Assembly: GCF_006345805.1 (NCBI RefSeq)
Contig: NW_021831686.1
Span: forward strand, 1 to 49,564
Length of the DNA: 49,564 nucleotides
Direction of reading: 5' to 3'
From: Octopus sinensis
Taxonomy: Eukaryota
The notes beneath the pieces were generated by a model. That model did not search any database and was not told where the DNA came from. It saw only the letters and a program-made list of their open reading frames with translations. Numbering within the stretch: position 1 is the first letter of the stretch; each line of letters opens with the position of its first letter. Made by a program: the position numbers and the translations under genes. Of the stretch, positions 35,351-48,480 are shown one piece after another.

Positions 35351-35413
35351 TGGTCAAGCTCTTATCAATTTCTTCTATTTATCTGTCAATTATCTATTTC
35401 TCTAATTTCTACT

Positions 35414-35489
<76 letters not shown>

Positions 35490-35531
35490 ATATTATATAT
35501 ATATATATATATATAATATATATATAATCTA

Positions 35532-35579
<48 letters not shown>

Positions 35580-35953
35580 ATATATATATATATATATATG
35601 TTATATATATATATATATATTAATCAATATATATAGCACCAGGTGGTGCTATTAAGTTAGACATGGCCTGGGCCAATAATGGCCGAAACCTATCAAAGTA
35701 TCAAAGTAATATAAGGGTAGCAAAAAATTCAATAGAATTTTTTTTCGCCACCAGCTTCTAGTGAGAAAGAAAAAATAGTCAAAAGACTATATAATATACA
35801 TTCAACAATATATTAAGGAATGGCCTTAATAGGCCATTCAACTCACTAAAACGAGCAGCTAAACTAAAACCGCTAAATAGTAGTAATTCAGAAATCAAAG
35901 GAAAATTAAAAACCTTTACCCTAATCATCTTTGGACAATGCATTGTTTCAACG

Positions 35954-36005
<52 letters not shown>

Positions 36006-36006
36006 G

Positions 36007-36073
<67 letters not shown>

Positions 36074-36453
36074 CCCCTCTACCGAAAAGGTAATTATTTC
36101 TACGCCTGCTGCTATGTTTGTTGTTTTTGTCTCATTTGGTCTAAAGTCGTATGACAACCACCGTTATATTATATTTTGTTTAACCGTTACCGTTTTCAAT
36201 TTCATTTTCGTCTCTCGTATTTACATCCGTCTCGTGCGTTCACATTCCTGTCTTCTACCAAGAAATCTAATGCTTACAGCTTAGTTTTTTTTCTTGGGGC
36301 TGGCCGAGTTGGAGCAAATATCAGAATTGAACAGCCGAAATTTGCTATGATGATTCGGTGTCTGACTGAAGATTGAAGGCTTCGAATGATTTGTCTGTGT
36401 TCCGTGTTTGTCCCTTCCTGTATTTCACGTTCTTTATATATAAAACATTTATT

Positions 36454-36522
<69 letters not shown>

Positions 36523-36660
36523 TTTGTTATATCCTTTAATATTATAGTGACTCCCTTTGATCGATGTAAACCTCACATGTTTGTGTGTTATATCTCGTCC
36601 ATTGATATTGTCTTATGGCTCGGGTCCTTATGGCCAATAAAAGAAACTATCATTATTATT

Positions 36661-37168
36661 GAGTGAGAGAGCACTGCATACCATCAAAGTAGCACAGGGG
36701 TAAAATATACGAAGCCCAATAAACCCATTATGATTACCTATCTGATAAAAGTACACCAGGCACATGCATAACGACATACATAGCGACATGCGCGACATCG
36801 TGATCTCATATCAACATTAATAGCGTATGAACCTGCAGGTGGGACCCAGTTAGAATTTTCTTCAGGTCGAGTAGCCCGTCCAATTCAAAAGGTCCTTGAA
36901 TAAGTGTGGTTTAAGGATGTTGAAACACCCATGTTTCCAGAGGTGAATTATCCAAACCTCCAAGAATTCCTTTCAATACACAGCTATGATACTTCCCCAC
37001 TATTTCTGCTCGTGATCAGAGATGCACATATCGTCAGCCACTAGGTAACATGCTCATTTGGTTAAGGTCAAGCAACTGCTGTAACCCATGTTTTATACCA
37101 AAACAAAACAATGTACATGATAACACTTCCAATCAGTTAAGATGAGAAGCCATGACAGCCACTGCCTG
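36661..37168 (-). mobile_element. Non-coding dispersed repeat of about 510 bp with (AAT)n tail, between trinucleotide tracts
   Basis: Bounded by cattattatt (36651-36660) and (GTT)n (37169 onward); no ORF. I recall this as an abundant octopus repeat but did not verify it. Confidence 0.5.
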
Positions 37169-37249
37169 GTTGTTGTTGTTGTTGTTGTTGTTGTTATCTT
37201 CTTCTTCTTCTTCTTCTTCTTCTTCTTCTTCTTCTTCTTCTTCTTCTTT

Positions 37250-40200
37250 CTTCGTAACACAATGTAGGTAAAAATGCACCAGAGTCTTTAGTCACAACAA
37301 GGACATATAATAGTTTCCTTAAGATGTGCACTGTGTCTAATAAGGATGCTCTTTGCAAGACATCAGTCTTGCATGGGATTTCCAGTTGCCTTAAGTAGTC
37401 TTGAAGTTTCAATGGGATTGAGCCCAACGCTCTAATCACCACTGGTATCACTTTTACATTACCCTCTCGCATTCCATACAGTCTTGCCATTTCTACTTTC
37501 AGTTCAGAGTACTTGGTGATTTTTTCAACCTCTTCACTCACAACATTCATGTCATTTGGTATGGCTACATCAATGATCTGACAGTATCTATCTCTCTTAC
37601 TCAATATGACAATAACCGGCCAACAGTGTTCGATTACATGATCCGTCTGAAAATCATAGTCCCAGAGTATCGTTACTTTTCCATCCTCCTGCATAAATTT
37701 ACTAGGTACATGCTCATACTAGTTCTCTCTTACTTCATATTGGTATTTATGGCATAAGATCCTGACGGTGCCTGTATTCTTTTTTTGCAAGACTCTCATA
37801 TCCACTAACCAACTGGGTCATATTTTCCACACTCTTTCCACAGAGTCTGCATTTCTGGACGTCAGAAGTTTTATAGATATTATACTTCATCGAATTGGTA
37901 GCCAGAGCCTGGGTTTGTGCAGCAATGATCAGACTTGCGGCGATACGCCTCAAATCACTTCGCTCAATCCATGTCCACGATGCTGTATTATCCTTAACGC
38001 TTTGTGTATTCCTTTCAAACTGTCCATGCATTCCCATTTCATGGTTTTCTTTTCTCTTCTCCCCAACTCTTTGGTTAAACTATGCCATCCCCATCATTTT
38101 ATCTGCATTTACACCCATATGTTTCGCTGCATATTGCAGCAGGTCTTCATCACTATTTATCAAATACTCGGCAAGCGTTCTCCTTTCATTCCTTTGGTCT
38201 ATACTAATTAGTCTTCTGCCACCATTCTTTCTTTTCATAGACAGTCTATTTGCGTTTGCTTTATGGTGCAGCGCCCCATGCAGGGTCATCAATTTCTCAC
38301 CCTTCTATTCAGTGTTGATATTTACTTCTTAGTCCATTTCAGGATAGACGCACTATCTCTGACCACCGCAATTGCCCAGATATTCATTGCAGTAATCGAA
38401 TTTTTGGCACTAAGGTTGGATTTCAACACCATCTTCAGCCTTTTTTGATACGCCTCGTTGACCTTAACTTTCATTTTTCTGTGTAGAATGTCATCCAGCT
38501 CCAAAATCCCTAAATATCTATACCCACTACCGTCTGGTCCACCCATGGTCTCTCCTGATGGTAACCGCAATCCTCTGCAGGCTGGTTTCTTCCCTCTTTT
38601 CATATTAAGTACTGAGCATTTGCTGATCCCAAATTCCATACCGATGTCCCTACCACATTTCTACACTGTTTTGGTTAAGGAATCTATCTGATTTTCAGAT
38701 TTCTCAAACCATTTCAGGTCATCCATAAACAGCTGATGGTTCAATAATGGCTCTTCTTCCCGCATCGGTAACCCATGTTAACTTTCCTAAGTGTCATTGT
38801 TATGGGTATTAGTGTAACGGAGAAAACGAGTCACGTTGGAAGATTCCCCTTTTAATATTAACTTCTCTAAGGAATACATTACTTGAATACAATTTGGTTT
38901 GCCACTCTTTTATGCCATGCATCTGAAAATTTGTCAGGTTGTCAGCAATGCCAAACATCTGCAGGCATTCAACGATCCAAGAATGAGACATCATATCAAA
39001 TGCCTTCTTAAAGCCAATCCAAGCCATTGATATGTTTGTATGTTGTTTTTTACAATGCCTCAAAACTGCTTTATCGATGACTAGGTGATCCTTGGCACCC
39101 TGAGAACTCTTCCTACATCCTTTTTGTTCCTTTGGTAGTATTTCTTCCTGTGCCGGGAAGGTGTATATCTCTGCCGCACATATTCCAGTGAGTATCTTCC
39201 AGATTATGTTTAGGCATGCTATGGGACGGTAGTTTCCCACAGTATTCTCCTTTCTTCTGTCTTTCATTACAAGTGATGTCCTCCCAGTCACCATCCACGC
39301 GGGGACTGTACCTTTCTGGACACATTCATTCAATTGGACTGCTAGTCTTTCATGCACCGTGTGGTATCTCTTCAGCCAGAAGCCATGAATCCGATCTGGT
39401 CCGGGGTATTTCCAGTTAGGCACTTTACCCACTTTACCCGTCCTTATGACAATATTCCTTTCTTTCTTTCCTCCTTGTAATTCTGTCTTGATAGTTCCTA
39501 CCCACATTGCAGCCCTTTTATGCACCACATTGTTTCCCCATAATCCGCTCCAGAACTCCTTGGCTTCATTTGCATCAGGAGCAACATTTTCCTCTCTGTC
39601 TCCTAACGTTCGGAAGAATTGCTTCGGGTTATTTTTGAACAAACTGTTCTCGAATCTTCTGATCTTCTGGCTCTTTAATCATGATCCTCTGTTTTAACTA
39701 CATCAAACCAATTCTTCCGTATTTTATGTTTCTTCTCTAATTTTTCTCGGTCGCTTTTTTTCCCATTTTTCCAGTTTCCTCTCAACCATTGCTCAATTTT
39801 TCCTAGATCTTGCCTTGCCTGCATTATGTCCCTTTCCATGCGTCGTTTCCACCATGATTCTTTTGCTCCACCATTTTTTATTCACTTAAGTTGTAATTTC
39901 TCCTCAACAAGTAGCTCGGAGAATATTCCCTGTTTGTGTTATGTTCTCCGTCTGGATGTATGGTATGACAGTATTTAACTTTTGTGTTACATTATTTATC
40001 ATACTCCTATATACTCTTCTCATATTCATGGAGCTTTGTTTCTTCTGGAGCATTCAGTCTGTGAGTCGTCTTTGAATTTCAAGCAATTCATTATCTAGTT
40101 GGTTCATTTCCCCTGCATGTCTACCCACCACAGTGTCTGGGTTCACTGTATAACGTTCCAGTTCCTCATCCTTAACAGCCCCATCACTATTCCCCTGTTC

Positions 40201-40360
40201 CTCCTATCTACTCTTCTCCCTGCTTTCAATTCCTACCTTTCTGTTTTCAACTCGACCATCCTTTGTAGCCCATCCGCAGTGTCTCTCAGTCACTCACTAA
40301 TCCGAGATATTTCTACTCTAGTTAAGTAACATTCCTCCTAATCACTCCCACTTGGTTCAT
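37250..40360 (-). mobile_element. R4/Dong-clade element, near full length, heavily frameshifted
   Basis: FKNNPKQFF, GNYRPIACL, EQKGC, WIGFKKAFD, GIFQRDSFSP, YRYLGILE, CRLCG knuckle, REL nuclease ILWDYDFQTD..IIDVAIP..EKITKYSEL..VIPVVIRALG; 3' tail (AAG)n(AAC)n. Confidence 0.9.
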
Positions 40361-40466
40361 TAATTTATCATCATCATCATCATCATCATTATTATTATTA
40401 TATTATTATTATTATATTTTATTATATTATTATTATTATTATTATATATTATTATTATTATTATTA

Positions 40467-40499
<33 letters not shown>

Positions 40500-41110
40500 G
40501 TCTTTGCACAGCTTCTATCTTTGGAGATGTGTACTACGGTGTCAGAAGTAACACCCCTTTTTTCGAGCACCTTCCACAGTATTCGAGCGCTTCCAAGCAG
40601 TGCTGTTTTTGCAAATGCTTCACTCAAATTGTAGCCCCTATTTGTTCTATGTATTTCTCAAGATTTTTACTCCCTGTTCACTGGGCTCCGACAATTATTG
40701 GTACTACTACCACCTTTTCAAGTCACAACTGCTCAACCTCCCAAGATAACCTGTCACATCTATCGACTTTACCTTGTTGCCAGCTGGTCATGATATGTCT
40801 ATGATTCAGGATCGTTTGTTTTCTTTCTCAATTAACACTGTCTGGCTTCCTATTCTGTATCGCATGATCGCACTGAATCATAAAATCCCATACGATCTTT
40901 GCGTTATCATTTTCGAGGATGGCTTCGGGCTTATGTTCGTACCACTTTTTTGTTCTGCCAAGTCCATACTTGTTGCAAAGTCTCCAATTGACAATCCTTG
41001 CTATATTGTCACGACGGCACTTATTTTCTTTCTGGGCTAGTGGTATACATTGACTGGTAATATGCCATACGGTTTCAACATTTTGTCCACAAATTCTGCA
41101 AATTTACATC
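40500..41110 (-). mobile_element. R4/Dong-clade 3' fragment (CCHC plus REL endonuclease) with (AAT)n tail at 40365-40499
   Basis: CRICGQNVETVWHITSQC..LAQKE, KWYEHKPE..LEN....VWDFMIQCD, VVVVPIIVGA. Confidence 0.8.
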
Positions 41111-41129
41111 GATAAACCTTTTTAAGGTT

Positions 41130-44100
41130 GCAAGTAATGTCGGGGCAAAGGACAACGGTCAGGCGGTAGGTGATTACTGATGCAATAAGCACTTGTACCA
41201 CCTCCACTCTTCCTTTCAGGGAGAGAGCAGTCCGGACCAGGTCCGGACTAGGGCCTCTACCATGTCTGCTAGCTTGCTCTAATTCTTCTCCGTCTGGGAG
41301 TAGGGTCCAAGCCAAACTCCAAGCAACTTAACAGGACCATCTGTCCAGTGACCCACAACACTGGACGATATCGACTTGCTCCTCCAGGTGCCGGGGCGCA
41401 AGCTGATAGACTTGTCCTTGTTAACTTTTGCCCCTGCCACTGCCTCATATACTTTGATAGCGTCCTCTACACAAGGTGGCTGAGCCTCATTGGACACGAT
41501 GATGATGACGTCATCCGCATAAGCAGAGACCGACTTACCGCATCCGATTTCATTGGGGGTGCATCCCAAATTCTCCAACTTCCGCAGTAATGGCTCAAGA
41601 ACCAACACGTACAGAAGCGGAGACAGGGGACGCCCATGACGAACTGAGCGCTTGATCGAAAACGGCTCCGATAGGTAGAGGTTTATCTGAACAGTGGATT
41701 TGATGCCGCTATACATTGCGGAGATTCACCTACGGAAGTCCGGCCCCAGCCCTGCCTCTTCGAGGACCGCCTCCTGGTACTGGTGGTCTAGCCTATCAAA
41801 TGCTTTACTTTGGTCTAAATGGACCAGTTCCCCACCTTTGCCGGTTAATTTACCCAACCTGTCTAAGGTGTAGCGTATAAGGTGAAAATTGTCCTGGATC
41901 GACCTGCCTGGAATGGCGCATATCTACGCCTTTTCTACAAGCGTCAACTGTTTTCCTAAAACCTTGGCCAAAATCTTTAACTCTATATTGAGTAGAGTTA
42001 TGGACCTGTAATTATTTATACTGTCCCCCTTCCTTGGGTCCTTCTGGATCAGCGTCATCACTCCTGACTCACAGAACTGGGAATCCTCCCATTCTGTTTC
42101 CCAGCAGGTCCTCGAACAAGTTCGGCATGCTACGATAAAACTCATAGGGTAGACCATCCAGCCCCAGCGCACTCGGCCAACACCTCTTTGACTTCCGAGA
42201 GTTGCGGCCCAACGGCGAGGAAGCCCGTTAGGGACTCCACTCCCTATGTTCGAGTTCGTCGCCCTGCCCAAACATCCGGGCGGAATACTGGTGAAAGGCC
42301 TTTTGCATCTTTTCCTGTCCATAGATCTTGTGCCCCTGTTAGACTTTTTAGAGGGTTTTTTGCCCCCCTGACACTCCACACGACGGATCCATCCGGCAAC
42401 ATTAATACCTTCTCGGCCCACTGCACGTAGATTAGATCTAACTCTGCAGCCTTGGTGTTTGGCTTTGAAGTGACGGTACAAGACCGCCAGCACTCTAGCT
42501 GCAGAGCCAAATTCCATAGCCGCGTCTAAATTCTTAACTAGTTCCCTTTCTATTCTAGATCCATCTAAACTTAGCTGATTGCTAAATCTAATAGACTCTA
42601 AACGAATGGATTTCTTGAGGGTGTGCCACCATCTATTATTAATGAAGTTTCCACATAGTGCCCTCTGTACTAATTCCTTAATCCAGACATGGAAAGCTTG
42701 ACAAGTCAAAATAGACTTGTTCATCTTCCAGTACCCGGGTCTCTGTCTAAGACATTTATCTATATGCACCTCACACGTCACAAATTTGTGATCTGTGTAA
42801 GGTACAATACAAAATTGTGGACATCTAAAAGTATTCCTATCTATTTCTCTAACGAATATCCTGTCTATATTAGATCTGTGTGAGCCGTCGTTATTACACC
42901 ACGTCCACTGTGGAACGCTCGGCTCATCCAGTTTGTAACGGTCTGCTAGATTATAGCTCTCTAGTAGACCCTTGACCCCAGGATTTCCTCTCCTATCAGT
43001 CGAGCCAACACTACCCACTCGAGGCTTGTGTTAAAATCCCCTACTAGAAATACCATTTTTGCCGTCACTAGAAAGTGCTCTACTTCTCGATGAAAACCAG
43101 ACTGCCTACACTCCTTAGGAGCATAGACAGCTACTAACCTGAAGAACTGTTTACTCTCGTGGGTCACATCTAGGACAACCAGCCTACCTTCTGGGTCCAG
43201 AAATACTGTACTTACCAGGAAGTCAAAGGTCTTCCTGAGTAGGATCACCATGACCCCTCCTCCGAGGAGAAATAAAATTCTCATAACCATTTAGAAGAGG
43301 CGAGAACGTTTGTGCTCCACTCCTCTTGGACTCAGTTGCAATGCATACATCTATATCTCGTGACCTGAGGTCGTTCAGGAGACAATATTGTTTCCATTTC
43401 GACCCCAGCCCACGTACATTTATGCTCCCTAACTTAATCGTCATAGTGAAAAATGGATTAACTTACAGTTTGAGGGGCTGCACAAATTCGGTTGCACAAA
43501 TTCGCCTGCCTCCCCATCCTTTTCTTCTTTTAATGGTGTAACCACTGGGCTTTTCATTGGTGTAGCCGCTTGGTTTGTTAATAATTTTTTGTCTGTCATT
43601 TCGGAGCTGACGTCTCTGATATTCTCCGGATACCTTCCCTTCAGCTCCAAAAATAGGCTCGCGTCTATTTTTGCGAATCTAATATTCGGGGGCACATCTT
43701 TAGTAATTTTGAAAACTCGAGCCTTGTGGTGCGCTCTTATGATGGTAGACAACGGCTGGTTTTTTTCCACGTAGGAAACAGTTCTTTCTTGTGTTTTGGG
43801 GAGGGGTTTGGTAAAAGGTTTCACCGTATTGTTGGTTTGGAGAATTTTGCTTTGTGTGTCTCTTGTGTGTTTAACGGATTTTTTTGTTTAGGGAGGGGGT
43901 CTGGGACTTGTGCATTTTTCTTTTGTGCGATACTGTGGTATACTCCATTTCAACGCTCTTATCTATCTTTTCTTTCGCTATTGTTCCCTCTTTCGTTTCT
44001 GTTGCATTTTCCGGTTTTTCGTTTCTTCCTTTTACCACCTTCGCAGCTTTTGGGAGAGGGGCCTCGTTGTCTTTCTTTTTCGAGCACTTTGAGCGGACGT

Positions 44101-45085
44101 GGCCCTTTTCTCCACATATGAAGCAACGAGGCCTACGTCCCTCAAAGGCTACTCTCATGGTTAACCCCTCCCCTACAAACACCTTGTCGGGAAAATTCTC
44201 TAATGTTTCGTTCGACGCTTGAACGACCATCTCGAGCCTTTCCAGTTGACGGTTTCTTTTTTTTTTTTTCATTTGTAATATCGACACCGCCTCCTCCACA
44301 TCGTATATGACCGCCGCCGCTACCCACATAACCTCATAACCAGTCGGGATCTCATCTACTGTAATTTTCGCCGTTCTGCAACCCAAGTATGTGGATAACA
44401 GAATTATTTCTTCGTTTCTTAAGGTTTTCGTTGAGGCCTCCTTCGCTACGTTAGCCATTTCGAACTGCGCTTCCACCGTTGCGTTTCCCGTTCCACGGCC
44501 AACGTACGTTACTTGGTCCCATATTGGGGCCAAACATCTTTCAACGACGTTATACTTGGCGTCCATAATTCTTTTTCTTTACGGTTGTAAATTTTATACA
44601 CAACCGTTGACGCATTTATCGCATACACTGCCTCGGCAGGAGGCAGTAGTTTTGTGTCGCTACCACTTTTCCTGATTAAGTTACGAAACTTAAATAGTTG
44701 CTCCATTTCCGTTATATTGCCGCCTATAGCGGCTTAAAAACTGGGTCTTTTCTTTTCCTGTGTTTTCGTTTCACCTACATTTTCACTGGTATTACCTTTT
44801 CCCATCGCGGGAAAATATATATATTTTTTTGAAGCAATATTAAATTCCATCATATACTTTTTTTTAATTGCCAAACTTGTCAAAAATGACAAAATATATT
44901 CTCAGCAATAATTTTTTTTCACAATAATTTCAAAACAGGGCGAAAATTACTGTTCCACGAAGGACAACAGTTAAGTTCAATGCAAAATCCACAAAATTAT
45001 CACAATACCAGACAAAAGCACACGGAACGAACTTTGGTAACAACCAATTACGACGCAAAAAATCCGAGTCTGCACGAGACAATTG
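41130..45085 (-). mobile_element. Tx1/L1-clade LINE with 5' UTR, ORF1 and ORF2 (APE plus RT); 3' end missing
   Basis: ORF1 CFICGEKGHVRSKC; APE SINVRGL, IATES, VAVYAP, VGDFN, NIDRIF, TDHKFV; RT NYRSITLLNIELKILAKVL, AYADDV. Confidence 0.9.
43441..44810 (-). pseudogene. Gag-like ORF1 with CCHC zinc knuckle (frameshifted)
   Basis: ORFs 44509-44706, 43871-44566 and 43441-43824 in series, directly followed by the APE start at 43444. Confidence 0.75.
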
Positions 45086-45100
45086 TTCAGCTGGAGGTCA

Positions 45101-46140
45101 ATTCTTTAATCTAGGCACGTGGCCCAAACAAAGAGGGGACATACATAGACATGCGGGGACAAAAACCAAATGAAAATGAATAAATGAATATAATACAATG
45201 ATATGAGGCAGTCATCTTGGACCCGCTCCGAGGCGAAACTTTGACTTTCTTTTATACAATGAAATCAAATGTTTTTAGTCTTTTTCTTTTCCCCCCCTTT
45301 TGTATCGTTTTTTTTTCTTCCTTAAACGAAGTCATATCCAATTAAAGTTAATACCGTATAGATCATAGTCTATTCCACCCGGTACTTCATTTGTGTCGAA
45401 TACCATTTTTCTGTATTCCGCGCTTTCTTTACAGTCTCTTATTATTTTCATTCTGTGTTCTAGCACCAACGCGCCTAAAACCATTTTTTCTGTTTTCACT
45501 ACCTTTTGATCTTTCCATTGTACTAACTCATCCACCATATCCTTTTTTACGCCTTTCAATAAAGCACAAACAAAACAAGTGGGAAGGTCGTTTTGCGTTT
45601 TTTTTTGTATGACTGCTGTTCTTTTTCTCATTTGTTTTTGTGTCGGAGGGGAATAGGTGGGTTTGGTGTTTGCAGGGGGAGGTTGGGGCTGAGAGGGTAT
45701 GGGTGGGGTGGGTACGAGCTGAGGTTCACTTAAGCTGTTCTTTTTCCTCTTCCTCTGTTTTCTTCGGTTATTTTTAAATCCATCTTCCTCATTTCTTTCT
45801 TCTATCCTTTCCGGTTCCTTCTCTGCTTTTTCCTGAGTTGGCTTATTTTTCAGAGGACAGCCCGTTCTAATGTGGCCTTTCTGACCACATTTATAGTAAC
45901 GAGGAGATCTACCCCCTACCCACACTTTCATCACTGTTTATCCGACTGTCACCGCTCCCGCAGGCAACTCCAAGCCCTCCACCTCACTCTGCATTATAAG
46001 TTCCAAAATTCCACCGTCCCAACCAGTGGCCTCCACGTCTGCAGCCCAGAGTACGGTGACCTCTTTCTCGCTTCCTAGCAGCACAGCCACCGCTACCCAA
46101 GCCACATCTCTCCCAGGGGCACCCCCACACCGACCTCGGA
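45101..46140 (-). mobile_element. ORF1-only (HAL1-like) Tx1 relative, 5'-truncated
   Basis: ...WVAVAVL...LELIMQ...MKVWVGGRSPRYYKCGQKGHIRTGC parallels ...WVAAAVI...LEMVVQ...MRVAFEGRRPRCFICGEKGHVRSKC. Stop at 45332, then about 230 bp and an attaaagaa 3' end, with no ORF2. Confidence 0.65.
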
Positions 46141-46199
46141 AGTTCCTCTTTTACTATTTGTAAATCTCACAACGAGAGATATTCAGCAACAGTACTTTG

Positions 46200-46469
46200 G
46201 AGTAAAGATTGTTTGCCAACATAACATGGAAGTCCTGGTTTAGGACGAATATTGATGTAACTTAGCTGATGAAGGGAAATAACACGGAAATCGCGATACA
46301 CAGATATTGTTGTGAGCTGAGTGGGGGTGCTAGATTTCCTTATTCGAAAATATAAGGACAAAAATCGAGTCGCATAGCCAGCCGGAGACGATGTCTCCTG
46401 GGGATAAATTACAGCAACATTCGTCCTAAACCAGGACTGCCATGTTATGTTGGCAAACAGTTTTTACTC
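46200..46469. repeat. Fold-back with 67-bp arms (46200-46266 and 46403-46469) and a degenerate hammerhead (46266-46298, +)
   Basis: The arms are reverse complements; CTGATGA aggg-aaataa-cacg GAAA tcgcga TA follows arm 1. Confidence 0.85.
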
Positions 46470-46579
46470 TTATTCTGGCTAACTCAGCGTTCTGAGTTCA
46501 TGTGTTAAAGAAATGAGCTTTGCCTCAAGAGCTTTGCATGTAATTTTATATACTTATTTATGGATTTTGCATAAAATGT

Positions 46580-46800
46580 AATCAGTGAGGTGTGAACTTA
46601 TTCTTTTCATATTTTATTATCGTGGCTAACCATCGAATATGATGAGGCAGATTGTTGATGTTTTCTTCCAATTTTGATTTCCATTTCGGTTGCATCCGTT
46701 TAGTAATTTCATTAGTATGTGCACTGCAAGTTTTCCTATGAGTTAGCAGCAGTGTATAAGACTGTATTAATTGTCCAACCCATTCTAAAGACAAAATATT
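46580..46800 (-). mobile_element. R4/Dong N-terminal fragment
   Basis: PKWKSKLEENINNL..HIRWL parallels LWINNIQNKIQKMRKDLSIL at about 12290. Confidence 0.45.
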
Positions 46801-46859
46801 AAAAAAAGGCATTTGGAGGCATTTGACATAAAGGACGCGATCGACTTGCAGAGAGGGAT

Positions 46860-47095
46860 ATTTTACTCTACGCTAGTGAACATCACTGGTGACAAAAGCT
46901 GGTGCTACATAATAGATCATAGATTTTGAACTTTCTTATGATAGCAGAGTCGATACGAAAGATATTGAAAAATTGAGAAATATCAAGATCTAGTCGGAGA
47001 GCTGAAGAGACTTTGGAAGAATAAGACAACGATTACTCCTGTTGTAATAGGTGTACATGGCACAACACCAGAAATGATACCTAATAAATTGGCGA
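46860..47095 (+). mobile_element. Mosaic: mariner catalytic motif fragment then R4/Dong REL endonuclease fragment
   Basis: ITGDKSWCY at about 46885, then IDF...YDSRVDTK..EK.EKYQDL..ELKRLW....TPVVIG..GT. Confidence 0.6.
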
Positions 47096-47099
47096 TGCT

Positions 47100-47462
47100 A
47101 TCCATAGAAAATGACATACTGCTTGTGAATAAGCGTTTTAAAAACAAACTTTTCTGACTTTCTTTTTTTATCTGAGAAGTTTTTCAAAATCATTTCAAAG
47201 CTAATGGTTTTTATAATGCCATTTTCTATAGATAACATTGGCAAATTATTTAGTCTCACTTGTGAAATTGTTGACCGTAGGTATGTTTTAATAAGTTTTA
47301 GGCTTGAAAAGCTTTTTTTACCTGATGCATTGTTAAGCAATAAAAACATTCGAAAATGTTTAATTCATCATAATGTCCTCCGCTCGAACGTGTGCATGGG
47401 TCACTCTCTTGGAGCAGGACCCAATTTGAACAAATCTTTCAAAGTGACTTAAAACCGGGCCT
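47100..47462 (-). mobile_element. hAT transposase C-terminal dimerisation domain fragment joined to a terminal repeat
   Basis: NASGKKSFSSLKLIKTYLRSTISQVRLNNL.MLSIEN matches the hAT SxERSFSxLKxIKxxLRSTM pattern. Confidence 0.8.
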
Positions 47463-47490
47463 TCACTACCAGAATGTCTATCGTCACCAA

Positions 47491-47752
47491 CAAGGCCGGC
47501 ACTTAAAAGTACTAGGCCCAGTTAGAGAATTTTCAGTAGGGCCCTCTACTCTAGAAAAGGTGAAGATTGAAGTTTTACGCTATTCATGTAGAATCCTAGT
47601 CCGAGCCAAAAAGCTTCGCGGTCTCTACCATTATCCACAATGTTATACTAAACATTCATCATAGCTTCCTCTGTCCGAGCGTGTTCGCGGGACCTTTTCT
47701 TGGCGCGAGACCAAGTTTGAATAAATTTGTCTAATTGGTTTAAAACCAGTCT
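47491..47752. mobile_element. Possible hAT-derived MITE
   Basis: Starts caaggccggc; its last 85 bp duplicate 47378-47462 and end ttaaaacc(a/g)g. Confidence 0.35.
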
Positions 47753-47999
47753 ACATGGAGGTCAAAATAACACAGACATACGCTCGAAGTTGACTCCCTT
47801 TTCGAAATAAACAATGTTAATCACTGAAGAGTATTGTTTCATTCTCAACACAATTATTTTAATACCATTTTATTGGTTCGTGAATTAAATACACCATCAC
47901 CAATGTATTACACTTTCCCTCTCACACAAGAACATACACGCGCGCACACATACGTATATGTATTTATAGAATGACTGACAGACTAACAGACAAATTGAG

Positions 48000-48233
48000 A
48001 CAGAAATAAGAAGACAGGCGGACGGATGAATGATGGATAGATAGACGGATATGGATTACGATATATACACATATATAAGGAGAGAGACTGGTACATAGAC
48101 AACCAAGTAAACAGAAAGAGAGACAGTAAGACAGACAGACTGCGAGATAGATACATAAATAAATAGATAGATAAAGAAGGATAGAGGCAAAGATAGACAG
48201 TCTGAGAGAGTCAGAGAGAGACAGACAGATAGG

Positions 48234-48272
<39 letters not shown>

Positions 48273-48320
48273 GTAGATAGATAGATAGATAGATAGAGAG
48301 AAAGACAGACAGACATACAT

Positions 48321-48405
<85 letters not shown>

Positions 48406-48480
48406 CAAGTAATTAGTCAGGCAGATGAATAATTGAATGCATAGATGGATAGATAGACAGGGATAGATAGATAAACAGAC
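48000..48480. repeat. (GATA)n/(GACA)n microsatellite complex
   Basis: Read directly from the sequence. Confidence 0.9.

Noticed and set aside
35660-35700. ggcc-aataat-ggcc gaaac
   Set aside because: It resembles stem II plus GAAA, but there is no CUGANGA upstream.
36360-36400. ctgaagattgaaggcttcgaat
   Set aside because: GAAA is absent and stem II has no valid loop.
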